Positions 13,615 to 25,720 of a stretch of 64,000 bases of DNA are shown in pieces. Below the pieces are notes generated by a model. It did no database searches, was not told where the DNA came from, and saw only the letters and a program-made list of their open reading frames with translations. Both the position numbers and the translations under genes were made by a program. The DNA is from Octopus vulgaris (lineage: Eukaryota): assembly GCA_951406725.2 (NCBI GenBank), contig OX597835.1, positions 40,734,001 through 40,798,000 on the forward strand, given 5' to 3'. Within the stretch, counting starts at the first letter, position 1. The number at the start of each line of letters is the position of its first letter.

Positions 13615-13799
13615 AATAAACACAAATGAGATTTGATCAATTATTGATGATATCATTAAGGAACTGACTCATGAGATATATGCTTGACCGAGATCTCATT
13701 TCATCTTTTGGTGTACTTTTTCTTATAAGGTCATCAGCTATACATCTAGTGCCTTTTAGCCATTAGCAACCAGGAGCCATGAAGCAATGAAGTACACCC

Positions 13800-14032
13800 T
13801 TAACCCTTTCATTACCAACCCCGGCTGAAACCAGCTCTGGCTCTGTAGTACAAATGTCTAGTTTTCATAAGTTTTGAATTAAAATCTTCCACCAAACCTT
13901 AGTCACAATTTATGTTCCTAACACTAGCTTAACGATAACTAAATTATTTTACTAAATTCTTTGTTGTTATATATAAAATAATAGAAAGAAACACAGAGCA
14001 TCTCAAAATAAATACGGTAACGAAAGGGTTAA
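13800..14032. mobile_element. piggyBac-type MITE
   Basis: TTAA-CCCTTTC...GAAAGGG-TTAA; inverted second copy at 42487-42716. Confidence 0.85.
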
Positions 14033-14272
14033 AACTGGTTGGTTTCAAGCAGTGTAGCCATAGCATCAAGACCAATGGATGGCAAAAACAATAACAACAC
14101 AGCTAAACCACTGAGCTGCTGGAAGCAACCAAATACCTGTCGTGCAATTTGATTGTTTACCTGTTTTTCTGTGTCGTTGATAAAGTGCTATTCCAGGGTA
14201 AATAACTGTTTTGTAGTATGGCTGAATGGTTAATAACTGTTTGTAGTACCAATAGTATATTACTTGTTTATC

Positions 14273-14678
14273 CTTTACTTGTTTCAGTCATGTGACTGTG
14301 GCCATGCTGGAGCACTGTCTTTAGGAGACCAAATCGACCCTAGGACTTATTCTTTGTAAGTCTAGTACTTAGTCTATCGGTCTCTTTTGCCGAACCGCTA
14401 AGTTACAGGGACGTAAACACACCAGCATCAGTTGTCAAGCGATGTTGGGAGGACAAACACAGACACACAAACATATACACTCACATACATATATATATAT
14501 ATATATACATATATAGGATGGGTTTCTTTCAGTTTCCATCTACCAAATCTACTCACAAGGCTTTGGTAGGCCCGAGGCTATAGTAGAAGACACTTGCCCA
14601 AGGTGCCATGCAGTGGGACTGAACCCGGAACCATGTGGTTTATAAGCAAGCTACTTACCACACAGCCACTCCTACGCC
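14273..14678 (-). mobile_element. SINE family A (tRNA-derived head, internal TA/TG microsatellite)
   Basis: Head GGCGYAGGAGTGGCTGTGTGGTAAG...GGTTCAGTCCC; about 10 near-full copies in window. Confidence 0.9.
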
Positions 14679-15430
14679 TTGTTGATGATAAAGAAATACT
14701 TTTGCTTTTAAAATCTGAACAGAATGTGTGTTATTGCTGTTGACTTCACCTCAACAGAATTACACAGGTGACACACACAGAAATATGGTGACACACATAC
14801 AGAAATATCATATCGTTACATATCTATAAATGTTAGCCAATGCTACAAGTAACAAACAAATGTAAACGCTGACTTTATATAAGCACAAGCTTGGCTGTGA
14901 GGTTTGCTTCCCAGCCACATGGCTCTGCATTCGATTCCATTGCATGACACCATATTCTGATAGATACGAAGGAAACACTTTCTTGATGCCTACTTCAATT
15001 AATAAATTACCAGTGCAATAATAGGGTTGTGTTTCAGTGTTTATACTGCAGAATCTATCTGTCACAGGAGCATCTGGGAATCCCAGAATGCTTAGAAATT
15101 GAACGGATTACAGAACGGAACAGAACTTAGATGTATATCTAAAAAAAAATAGTGCAGAACTTAGTAATTCAGTGTGTATCGTCTGTTAAGGACTTTCTGG
15201 AATCACTGAGAATAAAATAGCAAAGAAATGACTGTTGGAAAGAGAGCAATTGAAGTAGAAAATAAACTGTTCAAATATCAGCCTCAAGCTGACCAAAGCC
15301 TTTAGAGTGGAATTGGTAGACAGAAGCTGAAAGAAAACCTTGCATGTATGTGTATATATATATATATATAAATTCGGGGTGAGTACTTGATAATTGTAAG
15401 CACCTGTATATACTGTTTGGTGGTGGAGTA

Positions 15431-15647
15431 AATTAATCAAAATAAAAACATGATGCCAAGGATTCAGCGGTACATATGTTTCGTGCCTTTATTAGACGGA
15501 TTTATAACAATGCATAATGTATGTCTGTTGTGCGCGGCTGAAGAAGGCCACAGACATACATTATGCATTGTTATAAATCCGTCTAATAAAGGCCCGAAAC
15601 ATATGTACCGCTGAATCCTTGGCATCATGTTTTTATTTTGATTAATT
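15431..15647. repeat. 98-bp inverted repeat (Penelope-like fold-back terminus)
   Basis: Arms 15431-15528 and 15550-15647 with one mismatch, 21-nt loop, flanked by (TA)n. Confidence 0.9.
15534..15611 (+). ncRNA. Type I hammerhead ribozyme-like motif
   Basis: GCGG-CTGAAGA-(helix II GGCC/GGCC, long loop)-GAAA-CATATG-TA-CCGC. Confidence 0.6.
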
Positions 15648-15658
15648 ATATATATATA

Positions 15659-15846
15659 AGGAGAGTTTACGAAAAAGACAAGACCAAGACAGGTGGTGTA
15701 CAAAACAAACAGATGTATTAGTACAATGCTCAGGAATAGAAAAATTCTTTTACGTTTCGAGCCTACACTCTTCTACAGAAAGGGACACAGAAAAAAACAA
15801 GGAGCGAAAAAAAAATGTGTGTAGTGGCTAACGATCTATCATGGCA
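15659..15846 (-). mobile_element. Penelope-like terminal fragment with variant hammerhead (15747-15782)
   Basis: Second copy in opposite orientation at about 45320-45505; both adjoin (TA)n. Confidence 0.6.
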
Positions 15847-16240
15847 GTGTCCCAGAATGGTCACAGTCTAATGGCTAAAACAAGAAAAAATAAAAGATAG
15901 AAAAGAAAAACAAGATATTTAATATCTGTGTAGATAGACGAAAAAAATCAACCAGACCAGTTTCAACCTTGTATTGAGATTTCATCCGTAACTGAGGACT
16001 CCCTTTAAGGCGTGACGGCCCAAGATCGTGGCTGTGAGGCACAGGTCGACAGGTCACGACTGTGGCCCAGATAGATGCATTTAATTTATGGGCCTTTGCT
16101 GGGGTCTAATGTCTCTCAAAGGCTCCGATACGCCCCCCCCCCCCCCAGAAAGCAAGAGGACTAATAGTTTAACTAATGACTTTTCAGATGATGTAAAACT
16201 TGCCACCATTATATACTAAGAAGATATTTTCACTATTTTT

Positions 16241-16673
16241 GGACCTTTTCGGTTTGAACGGCAGTTTTTTCTAGCGGTGTCATATGAAATTGTCACCCAT
16301 AATTAAGACCCTTGTATCGATCTATTGCATTTCAATCTGTTTTGATGTTAAGGTTAGTTAGGATTAGAGTTAGAGGTGGGGTGAAGGGTATCTTTTTTTC
16401 TTCCCAAATGTAAATAAACCCAATCTCTTTCTTAAACGAGGGACATATTCATACGGTACAGAGTGCTTTTTACCTCAATAGACGTCATTGATTGGTTGAA
16501 ATTGCAGAAATTGGAGAAAAACAACAACAAATATCTTACAAACTATAGAATTTTCTCAATAAAGCCAAGAGAAAAAGATGTTTTATAAATACATTCTACC
16601 AGAATACGATGTTTAAAATTTTTTAGTTACCTAGAAATTATGTTAAAAACTGCCTTTCAAACGGAAAAGATGC
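16241..16673 (+). mobile_element. TTAGGG-containing MITE (family D)
   Basis: TIR GGATCTTTTCGGTTTGAACGGCAGTTTTT; about 430 bp; six copies in window. Confidence 0.85.
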
Positions 16674-17084
16674 GTAAAAGTTGCCACCATTCTATACTAA
16701 GAAGATATTTTAATGATTTTTTGTTTTTTTATGTGTGCATGGTTGTCTCATCTTCATAAAATGTGCTCAGCAGCCCATGCTTTGTAAGTGGAAATCGCAG
16801 CGCTTTATGGATTAACTGTCACCATAGACATTACTTATGCAACCCTTACGGGCTTCTATGAACTATTTAGAACAATTTGCATACATCGTTATTTGTTGGT
16901 AGAGAGCTGGTTTAATATATTAAGATTATCGGTGCGTTAACGATGTTGTTTCAACTCAGTGATTGTAATACGGACGATACCGATAAAATATAGTAAATAC
17001 TAGACGACCAGAAAAATGCTTTGTAAATGAAAATTGGTCGGCGGTCGGTATTACATTAAACAAATATGTATATAGCATGTATGA

Positions 17085-17117
<33 letters not shown>

Positions 17118-18159
17118 GACAGACGCACACACATACGCACAAGCACACACACACAGAAGTGCGTGAAGACACACACACATGTATAAACATGCGCATACAC
17201 AAACATATATACGTAAATACCAACACATACACACGTGCACACAGATACACAGTCATCCGTATGAGTGTATGTGTGTGTGCGTGTGCGTGTGTGTATGTGT
17301 GTGTGTGTATGAGAGAGAGATAGAGAGAGGGAGTGAGTAAGAGAGAGAGAGAGAGAGAGTGAGTAAGAGAGAGAGAGAGAGGATATTTGTGTGTGTGTGT
17401 GCAATAGAAGCTCTTGAACTAGAAATAGTAAGCTTATTTGTCGCACTCTTACCAATCTAATTAACCATTTGATAGTTGTAAACGCGGTGTAGTACAGTGC
17501 AAACAATAATTACTTAAACCAAAGAGGAAGTAGATTTGTAAGATGGTTCAATTTAGAAAAATTTGGATAAAATATCCCAGTCTTCATTTACGATATAATG
17601 TCACTAGTATTTAAACATCCAGAAGAATTTACAAGATATGTCAAGTAGATTACAGAACGGAACAGAACTTAGATGTATATCTAAAAAAAAAATAGTGCAG
17701 AACTTAGTAATTCAGTGTGTATCGTCTGTTAAGGACTTTCTGGAATCACTGAGAATAAAATAGCAAAGAAATGACTGTTGGAAAGAGAGCAATTGAAGTA
17801 GAAAATAAACTGTTCAAATTGATAAGATAAAATAGTTGAAAAAAGATGAAATGTAGAATTAAGAGGTTTGTTGAAGGAAAACGGAAAAGGTACTGGTTAT
17901 GGAAGATACATGAAGAAGTCAAACTCAGCATAAATTATGGCTAAAAGTTAAAACAGAGAAGATCTGATATGAATCTTTTACTATTTTGGGGACTTCAATG
18001 AACGTCTGTTTATGAGGGGGAATTTTAAAAATGTGACACAATTATTCAATGACTAATGCTCCATTATGTGAAGCCTCCCTCCCTCCTGACTCGCAATCAT
18101 TAGGTAGTGAGTTCGATTCCCGGGCTGAGCCGTATTTCGTATTCTTGAGCAAAACACTT

Positions 18160-18553
18160 GGATCTTTTCCTTTTGAACGGCACATGTCAACACAATTTCT
18201 AGTTAATTAAACACTTTTAAACTTCGTATACTGGTAGAATGTGTTTATAAAACATCATTTTCTCTTGGCTTTATTGAGAAAATTCTATAGTTTGTAAGAT
18301 ATTTCGTCTGAAATTTCGAGCATTTCGGCAATTTTAACCAATCGCTGACTTCCATTTGAGGTGAAAACATTCCGTGCTGTATGAATGTCCCTCGTTTAAG
18401 AAACAGATTGGGTTTATTTACATTTGCGAAGAAAAAAAGATACCCTTCCCCCACCCCTAACCCTAAATCTAAAATAGATTGAAATGCAATAGATCGATAC
18501 TAGGGTTATAATTATGGGTGACATTTTCATTTGACACCGCTAGAAAAAAATCC
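18160..18553 (-). mobile_element. MITE family D
   Basis: Homologous to the other copies; one TIR degraded. Confidence 0.8.
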
Positions 18554-19077
18554 CATTTTCCGGACCTGTGCCTCGGAGGGTAACTTTCTAAGCGCAATCC
18601 CATGGTCATTCGTGACTGAAGTGGGGCTTTACCTTTTTTTAAGTGCTCCATTATGTGGAGCGCGTGGCTTTGTTATTAGGTGTGTTAAACTCCTGATTGT
18701 AATTTTGCAATTTCGATTCCCGGACTGGGAAATGTGTTGCGTTCTTCAGCAAAACACTTCATTTCGTGTTGCTCCACTCAGCTGGCAAAAATGAGAAATC
18801 CTGCAACGGACTGGCATCCTGTCCAGGAGGGGAATATATACAACACAGAAACCGCGAAACGGAGTTTAACTCGAGAAGGAGTTTTATCCTTTTAATGCTA
18901 AACTAGAAGGATTATAAAATACTGAATAAGACACTTTATTGATTAATGTATTAATCCATTGTATTAATCCATTTGTTAACTAAGAGGACATACAGAGATG
19001 CAGCATAAACAAATACATTTAGTGGGATAGGCCGGGTTATGGGGTTACCAAAGCCAGGAAGTTTTCAGCACCCCTCA

Positions 19078-19144
<67 letters not shown>

Positions 19145-19184
19145 ATAGATATATAGTACCGTCCTTCATCTGCCCTTCCTTGTT

Positions 19185-19480
19185 GCTTAGCCCCAGGTCA
19201 CTCCTGATTGAGTAGACCTGTGATCACTGATGTTTCAGCTCTGACCATCCTCTCTTTTATTCGGTCATAGTGTATCTAGGAAGACATCATTTAATGTGTT
19301 TTTGTTTAGCCCAAAGTCAGTCCTGATCCAACAGATCTATGGTCAAAGATGTTCCAGCTGTGACCGTCCTGTCTTTTATTCAGACATAGTGTATCTTGGA
19401 CTACATTGTCTAGTGTGTCCTTTGGTGGTGGCGTTTAGCCCCAGGTTAGTCCTGATTCATTAGACATAGTATATCTTTTA
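19185..19480. repeat. Three diverged tandem units (about 125 bp) of an old interspersed repeat
   Basis: TTAGCCCCAGGTCA...CCTGAT recurs three times; dispersed relics elsewhere. Confidence 0.6.
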
Positions 19481-19487
19481 CATAGTA

Positions 19488-19695
19488 CCGCCTGACTGAT
19501 CCCTGTGCCGGTGGCACGTAAAAAGCACCCACTACACTCTCGGAGTGGTTGGCGTTAGGAAGGGCATCCAGCTTTAGTAACACTGCCAGATCAAGATTGG
19601 AGCCTGGTGCAGCCATCTGGTTCGCCATTCCTCAGTCAAAATCGTCCAACCCATGCTAGCTTGGAAAGCGGACGTTAAACGATGATGATGATGAT
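19488..19695 (+). mobile_element. SINE family C
   Basis: Family motif and tail. Confidence 0.85.
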
Positions 19696-19696
19696 A

Positions 19697-19734
<38 letters not shown>

Positions 19735-19752
19735 AATTTATTATATAGAAGG

Positions 19753-19803
19753 AGCTTCTACAGGACTAGTACTGTTTCATTCAAGAGAAATCTTCAGGAA
19801 GCT
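19753..19803 (-). ncRNA. Minimal type I hammerhead ribozyme-like motif
   Basis: AGCTTC-CTGAAGA-TTTCTCTTGAAT-GAAA-CAGTACTAGTCCTG-TA-GAAGCT; core intact. Confidence 0.7.
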
Positions 19804-20100
19804 ATTTAACAAGAATTGTATTAGCATTTATACATTTAGGCAGGTTTAAAGGGTGGTGGTGGGGGACTTATTTGGGGGTAGGCATAGCGCAAAATATCAT
19901 ACTTGGGGGAGTGGTCAAGGAGTCAGTGGTAAGTTAGATGAAAGAATAGATAAATAAAAAAATAAAATAATAAAATAAAAAAAAAATATATATAAAAAAT
20001 ATATATAAAAAATATATATATAAATATATAAAAAATATATATATAAAATTCATATTGAGTACCTTACTTACTGTGGTTAACCCCGAATCAACCCGGGACC

Positions 20101-20229
<129 letters not shown>

Positions 20230-20230
20230 A

Positions 20231-20448
20231 TGAGGGGTGCTGAAAAGTTCCTGGCTTTGAGGGTATCATGAAAAGCCTGGTTGGCGGCACAACTTTTCGA
20301 CTTCTTTCACAGGGCTTAGAAAAACTGAAAGACTGCTGCAATAAGTGTGTGAATCTGAGAGGGAAATATGTTGAATGAAATCATAATTGACTGATTCTCC
20401 TATATTTTATCTTACCCAAAGTCAGGAACTTTTCACCACCCCCTCGTA
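20231..20448 (+). mobile_element. mariner-derived MITE
   Basis: TIRs (TA)YGAGGGGTGCTGAAAAGTTCCTG; internal GLEKLKDCCNKCVNLRGKYVE* resembles a mariner transposase C-terminus; related copy 29068-29279. Confidence 0.8.
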
Positions 20449-20454
20449 AAAAAA

Positions 20455-20762
20455 CAATACACAATGCCGTCCAGAAAAAGACGTCTTGGGACAAATTTAG
20501 AGAACTTCTTTGTAATTGAAACCATGCATAAACATCAATACAGGGATTATTAGTGGAACATTCTCATCAAAACTTTTACCAAGTTCAAAAATAACAGGCT
20601 GGATATCTAGTTGTTTGGGACAGACGAGAAAAAGTATGTACCGTTGTAGAGATCAGCTGCTCTGCTGATGAGAATGTCTCTTCCAAAATCAAAAAGAAAG
20701 AGGGTAACTACAGACAACTGTTTTGAAGGCTTCATCTTCTTTCTCTATTGATTATAAATTCA
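20455..20762 (+). mobile_element. R4/Dong-like retrotransposon endonuclease relic
   Basis: Frameshifted NNRLDI-VVWDRREKVCTVVEISCSAD resembles the PD-(D/E)xK restriction-like endonuclease motif. Confidence 0.6.
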
Positions 20763-21043
20763 CATGAGACCGAAAGACTGAGCGAAAAGTCTGGGATCTT
20801 TTCAGTTTGAACGGCGGTTTTTTAAAATAATTTCCACGTAACTAAACACTTTTAAACTTCGTATCCTGGTAGAATGTGTTTATAAAACATCTTTTTATCT
20901 TGGCTTTATTGAGAAAATGCTTGGTGATGGGAAGTATGAGAGAGAGAGACGGGTAACGATATTTAGCTGTAGGAGAGATACATGGTGACGGATGGTGGTA
21001 AAGAAGTATCGGGACGTACCTTTAAGTTACAGGAAGGCAAATG

Positions 21044-21460
21044 GGATCTTTACAGTTTGAACGGCAGTTTTTAAAAATAATTTCTAGGTAACTAAACACT
21101 TTTAAACTTCGTATCCTGGTAGAATTTGTTTATAAAACATATTTTTCTCTTGGCTTTATTGAGAAAATTCTATAGTTTGTAAGATATTTGTTGTTTTTTT
21201 TTTTCAATTTTTGCAATTTCAACCAATCAATGATGTCTATTGAGGTGAAAACATTCTGTCCCCTATGAATATGTCCCTCATTTAAGAAACAGATTGGGTT
21301 TATTTACATTTCTGAAAAAAAAAAGATACCCTTTCCCCCACCCCTAACCCTAACCCTAAAACAGATTGAAATGCGATAGATCGATACTAGGGTCATAATT
21401 ATGGGTGACAATTTCATATGACACTGCTAGAAAAAACTGCCGTTCAAACCTAAAAGATCC
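21044..21460 (-). mobile_element. MITE family D (partial copy also at 20794-20917)
   Basis: Both TIRs present; CCCTAACCCTAACCCTAA inside. Confidence 0.85.
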
Positions 21461-21464
21461 AAAT

Positions 21465-21610
21465 GCTGTCCTGCAGAAATATGTGTTAGAGGATTTGTTG
21501 GAATCAGAATTCACTCGATGCTCAGGAGTCTTGGACTAACTACGAAGGAAAGAAAAGATGTTGCCAGAAAATTATCGGAAGCCGCTGAGAAAGCAATCCA
21601 AGAGGATGAG
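21465..21610 (+). mobile_element. HERO/NeSL-like retrotransposon 3' relic
   Basis: CPAEICVRGFVG...LRSLGLT...LSEAAEKA resembles the PVEVGCRGF...AAEKAS C-terminus. Confidence 0.5.
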
Positions 21611-22183
21611 TAGGTTAGTGCAGCAAGAATGGGCATTGGGAATGGTGGAAACATATGGCCAGTTGTCACAACATATGACTCTACAAAATACATGCTGTTG
21701 TGTGGGAATTTTGTCGCCTACATTGGTTGGTCGCATCTGGGCAGTTGTAGTGTTGCGGTGAAAAGGTCTAAATCACCTACGGTGGGGAATATATGTCACA
21801 GAAATTAGGTAAGGCGCAGGAGTGGTTCCGGGTTCAGTCCCACTGCGTGGCACCTTCAGCAAGTGTCTTCTACTACAGCCCTGGGCCGACCAAAGCCTTG
21901 TCAATGAATTTGGTAGACAGAAACTGAAAGAAGCCGACCTTCTATTGTTTTCACACGGGTCGACCAGCTGACAGTATTTTCTGACTTTCCTAAGGAAGGC
22001 ATCTTCCGTGTTGGTTTCCTACCCCCACCATCTTTACCACCTTTCTTTCATTGTCCCACAAATTTAAGTACAGATGTTTTTGGTGGGAAACAGTAGGAAG
22101 CGATATTCTTCTTCCTTACAGTGGCTTGCAACGCTCACCTTCCATGCAAAACCTTATTTTTCCATAAAAAATAATGAACAATA

Positions 22184-22580
22184 GGCGTAAGTGTGGTTGT
22201 GTGGTAAGTAGCTTGCTTACCAACCACATGGCTCCGGGTTCAGTCTCACTGTGTGGCACCTTGGGCAAGTGTATTCTGCTATAGCCTCGGGCTGATCAAA
22301 GCCTTGTGAGTGGATTTGGTAGATGGAAACTGAAAGAAGCCTGTCGTATATATGTATGTGTGTGTGTGTTTCTCTGTCTGTGTTTGTTCCCCCAACATCG
22401 CTTGACAACCGATGCTGGTGTGTTTACGTCTCCGTAACTTAGCGGTTCGGCAAAAGTGACCGATAGAATAAGTACTAGGCTTACAAAGAATAAATCCTGG
22501 GGTCGATTTGTGTGGCTAAAGGCGGTGCTCCAGCATGGCCACAGTCAAATGACTGAAACAAGTAAAAGAGTAAAAGAGAG
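22184..22580 (+). mobile_element. SINE family A
   Basis: Near full-length family copy. Confidence 0.9.
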
Positions 22581-22794
22581 TAATAAAAATGTATTTTGAA
22601 TGTCACAACAGCGCATTATTATAACAACAATGGACTATTTGTTGATGTTGTCATTATAGTGCACTGTTGTGCCATTCAAAACACATTATTATTATTATTT
22701 ATTATTTTTTACAAACAATACACAATGCTTCAAGCGAACTACAATACTCTCTTATTTTTCCCTGCTCTCCTACTTGTGGTCTTTCGCTGTTGTT

Positions 22795-23215
22795 GGATCT
22801 TTTCGGTTTGACCGGCAGTTTTTAAAAATAATTTCCACGTAACTTAACATTTTTTAAACTTCGTCTGCTGGTAGAATGTGTTTATAAAACATATCTTTTT
22901 CTCTTGGCTTTATTGAGAAAATTCTATAGTTTGTGAGATATTTGTAGTTGTTTTTTCTTCAATTTCTGCAATTTCAACCAATCACTGACGTCTATTGAGG
23001 TAAAAGAAAAACATTCTGTGCCGTATGAATATGTCCCTCGTTTAAGAAATAGATTGGGTTTATTTACAATTCTGAAGAAAAAAAATGATACCCTTCCCCC
23101 CACTCCTAACCCTAAAACAGATTGAAATGCAATAGATCGATACTAGGGTTATAATTATGGGTGACAATTTCATATGACACCGCTAGAAAAATTGCCGTTC
23201 AAACAGAAAAGATCT
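22795..23215 (-). mobile_element. MITE family D with 8-bp TSD
   Basis: TIRs; flanks CTGTTGTT / CTATTGTT. Confidence 0.85.
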
Positions 23216-23299
23216 CTATTGTTCATTCGCTTTACTCTCTCCGCTACTACATCAGCCAGTACTCTTAAGTATTCAGTTATGCTGCTATGTATCTCTGTA

Positions 23300-23568
23300 T
23301 TTCAGACCGACCGGACGATTGGAGCTGCCTCACCATTCCCGCCTTTCCACATTCGCCCAAACCATTCACCTCTGGCTTCCAAACACTCAGCAGCTAAAGG
23401 GAGGCAATTCCTTCAGAAATTACCGGCAACTGTTAAGGGGAGGTAATTCATCAACTTCCGGACTCTCGAAATAAAAATGGAAACCAACTTTCGTTTTCCG
23501 GCAACTTTGCTCGACGCATCTTTATTTACGTTCGTTGTATTAAGGTAAAACCATTGAAAATTGTCAAC
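23300..23568 (+). promoter_or_regulatory. Putative BRF2 promoter/5'UTR
   Basis: CpG-richer unique sequence with ETS-type ACTTCCGG and TTTCCGG and a reverse CCAAT (GATTGG) just upstream of the ATG. Confidence 0.45.
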
Positions 23569-23733
23569 ATGTGTGACGTAATGGATTTGGAGTGCCCTTC
23601 ATGTGGCGAGAGAGCCGTCATGAAGGACTATCATGGAACTGATGAGCATTATGTTTGTGTTGAATGTGGGTTTCTCCTCGAAAGTTCTGGTTTGGTTTCA
23701 TCAAAATATGATGTTGGAGGTGAAATTAAACAG
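23569..23733 (+). CDS. BRF2: BRF2 (TFIIIB subunit) coding exon 1, zinc ribbon
   Basis: CPSC-x17-CVEC TFIIB-type ribbon; phase-0 donor CAG|GTAACA; alternative ATG at 23581. Confidence 0.9.
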
Positions 23734-23917
23734 GTAACAATTGTTAATTTATCCTTCCCCATCTATATATTGTCTAGTCTTCATTTATTTACTTGTTTTT
23801 GTATACGCAAGTCTCAAATATTCGGTTATTTTCTGGCAAATGTTTTAAGTTGGTGACGCAAAAACTTTATTTTATGTATCATATTAAAACATCTTTTAAG
23901 TCAATATCTACACAAAA

Positions 23918-24290
23918 GGCGGCGAGCTGGCAGAAACGTTAGTACGCCGGGCGAAATGCGTAGCCGTATTTCACCTGTCTTTACGTTCTGAGTTTGAATT
24001 CCGCCGAGGTCAACTTTGCCTTTCATCCTTTCGGGGTCGATAAATTAAGTACCAGTTACGCACTGGAGACGATGTAATCGACTTAATCCGTTTGTCTGTC
24101 CTTGTTTGTCCCTTCTATGTTTAGCCCCTTGTGGGTAGTAAAGAAATAGGTATTTCGTCCACCTTCACATTCTGGGTTCAAATTCCGTCGAGGTCGACTT
24201 TGCCTTTCATCCTTTCAGGGTCGATAAAATAAGTACCTGTTGAATGCTGGGTGTGGAAAATTGCTGGCCTTGTGCCAGAATTTGAGACCA
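23918..24290 (+). mobile_element. SINE family B with partial tandem duplication (BRF2 intron)
   Basis: Family motif. Confidence 0.85.
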
Positions 24291-25296
24291 ATATCTACAC
24301 AATCAATCAATCTATATATCTATCTGCCTGCCTTTTCCCCTGTCTTTCTTCTCGATATATATCTGTCTGTTTGTCTATCTATCTATTTCCTTCTCTCCTT
24401 AATTTCGTTTTTTTTTTCACAAGGTATTGTTAGATCAAGAATGTCAGTTTTTTTGTCGTAGCTTACATGTTTCATCAATATAATATGCATATCCTCCTCC
24501 TCATCATCATCATCGTCAATTTCTCATCCACTTTTCAATGCTTACATAGGTTAGATGAGTCCGTTTGATCCTAATATCTCCCCACTTGCTGCATCTTTTG
24601 TCATCTTTGTGGTAAGATCCAGCATCCTAAGCCTACACCTTACCAGTATTATGCAGGTTTACTTTGGTTTCCCTCTTATGCATAAATGTACCCATACATA
24701 TGCATGTTGTTTGTTCCTTCTCAAGCCATGCCAGGCTCATAAGGGTCGGTTTCTTGGCATATAGGTTCCCCACCAGGACGGGACGCTGGTCCATCGCAGG
24801 TGAGTTGCAAGATGCAGGAGGAAAGAGAAAGAGAGAAAGTTGTGGTGAAAGAGTCAGCAGAAGTTTCATCATTACCTTCTGCTGGAGCCGTGTGGAGCTT
24901 AGGTGCTTCGCTCATAAACACACACATCACCCGGTCTAAGATTCGAACCTGCGATCCCTCGACCGCGAGTCCGCTACTCTAACCACTAGGCCATGTGCCT
25001 CACATACATATGCATGCATACAACTCATATGCTTAAATACATACACATGATGCATGCATACATGCATACAACCATACACATGCACACTCACTGGGCTTCT
25101 TCACAATTTCTATTTACCAACTTCCACTTCCAAGGTATTCATCAAGCCGAAGTCCAAAGTGCCATTTAGTCTGATTGATCCAAGAACCAGCTCTTCTTGT
25201 GACCAGCTTTTGGCCTTTTGAAATACGTATTTCCTGCCATTTAAATTGGTTAAGCAATTGTATTTGCACTCATATTATTATTATTATTATTATTAA

Positions 25297-25461
25297 GGCG
25301 TAGGAGTGGCTGTGTGGTAACTAGCTTGCTTACGAACTACATGGTTCCGAGTTCAGTCCCACTGCGTGGCACCTTGGGCAAGTGTCTTCTACTATAGCCT
25401 CGGGCCAAACAAAGCCTTGTGAGTAGATTTGGTAGATGGAAAATGAAAGAAGCCTGTCGTA

Positions 25462-25512
<51 letters not shown>

Positions 25513-25720
25513 ATGTTTGTGCGTCTGTGTTTGTTCCCCCAACATTGCTTGACAACCGATGCTTGTGTGTTTATGTCCCCGTAACTTAGTAGTTCGGCAA
25601 GAGACCAATAGAATAAGTACTAGGCTTACAAAGGATAAGTCTTGGGGTCGATTTGCTTGACTAAAGGCGGTGCTCCAGCATGGCCACAGTCAAATGACTG
25701 AAACAAGTAAAAGAGAGTAA
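25297..25720 (+). mobile_element. SINE family A (BRF2 intron)
   Basis: Near full-length copy. Confidence 0.9.

Noticed and set aside
21342-21359. Telomere or interstitial telomeric array
   Set aside because: Only 2-3 CCCTAA units, internal to MITE family D
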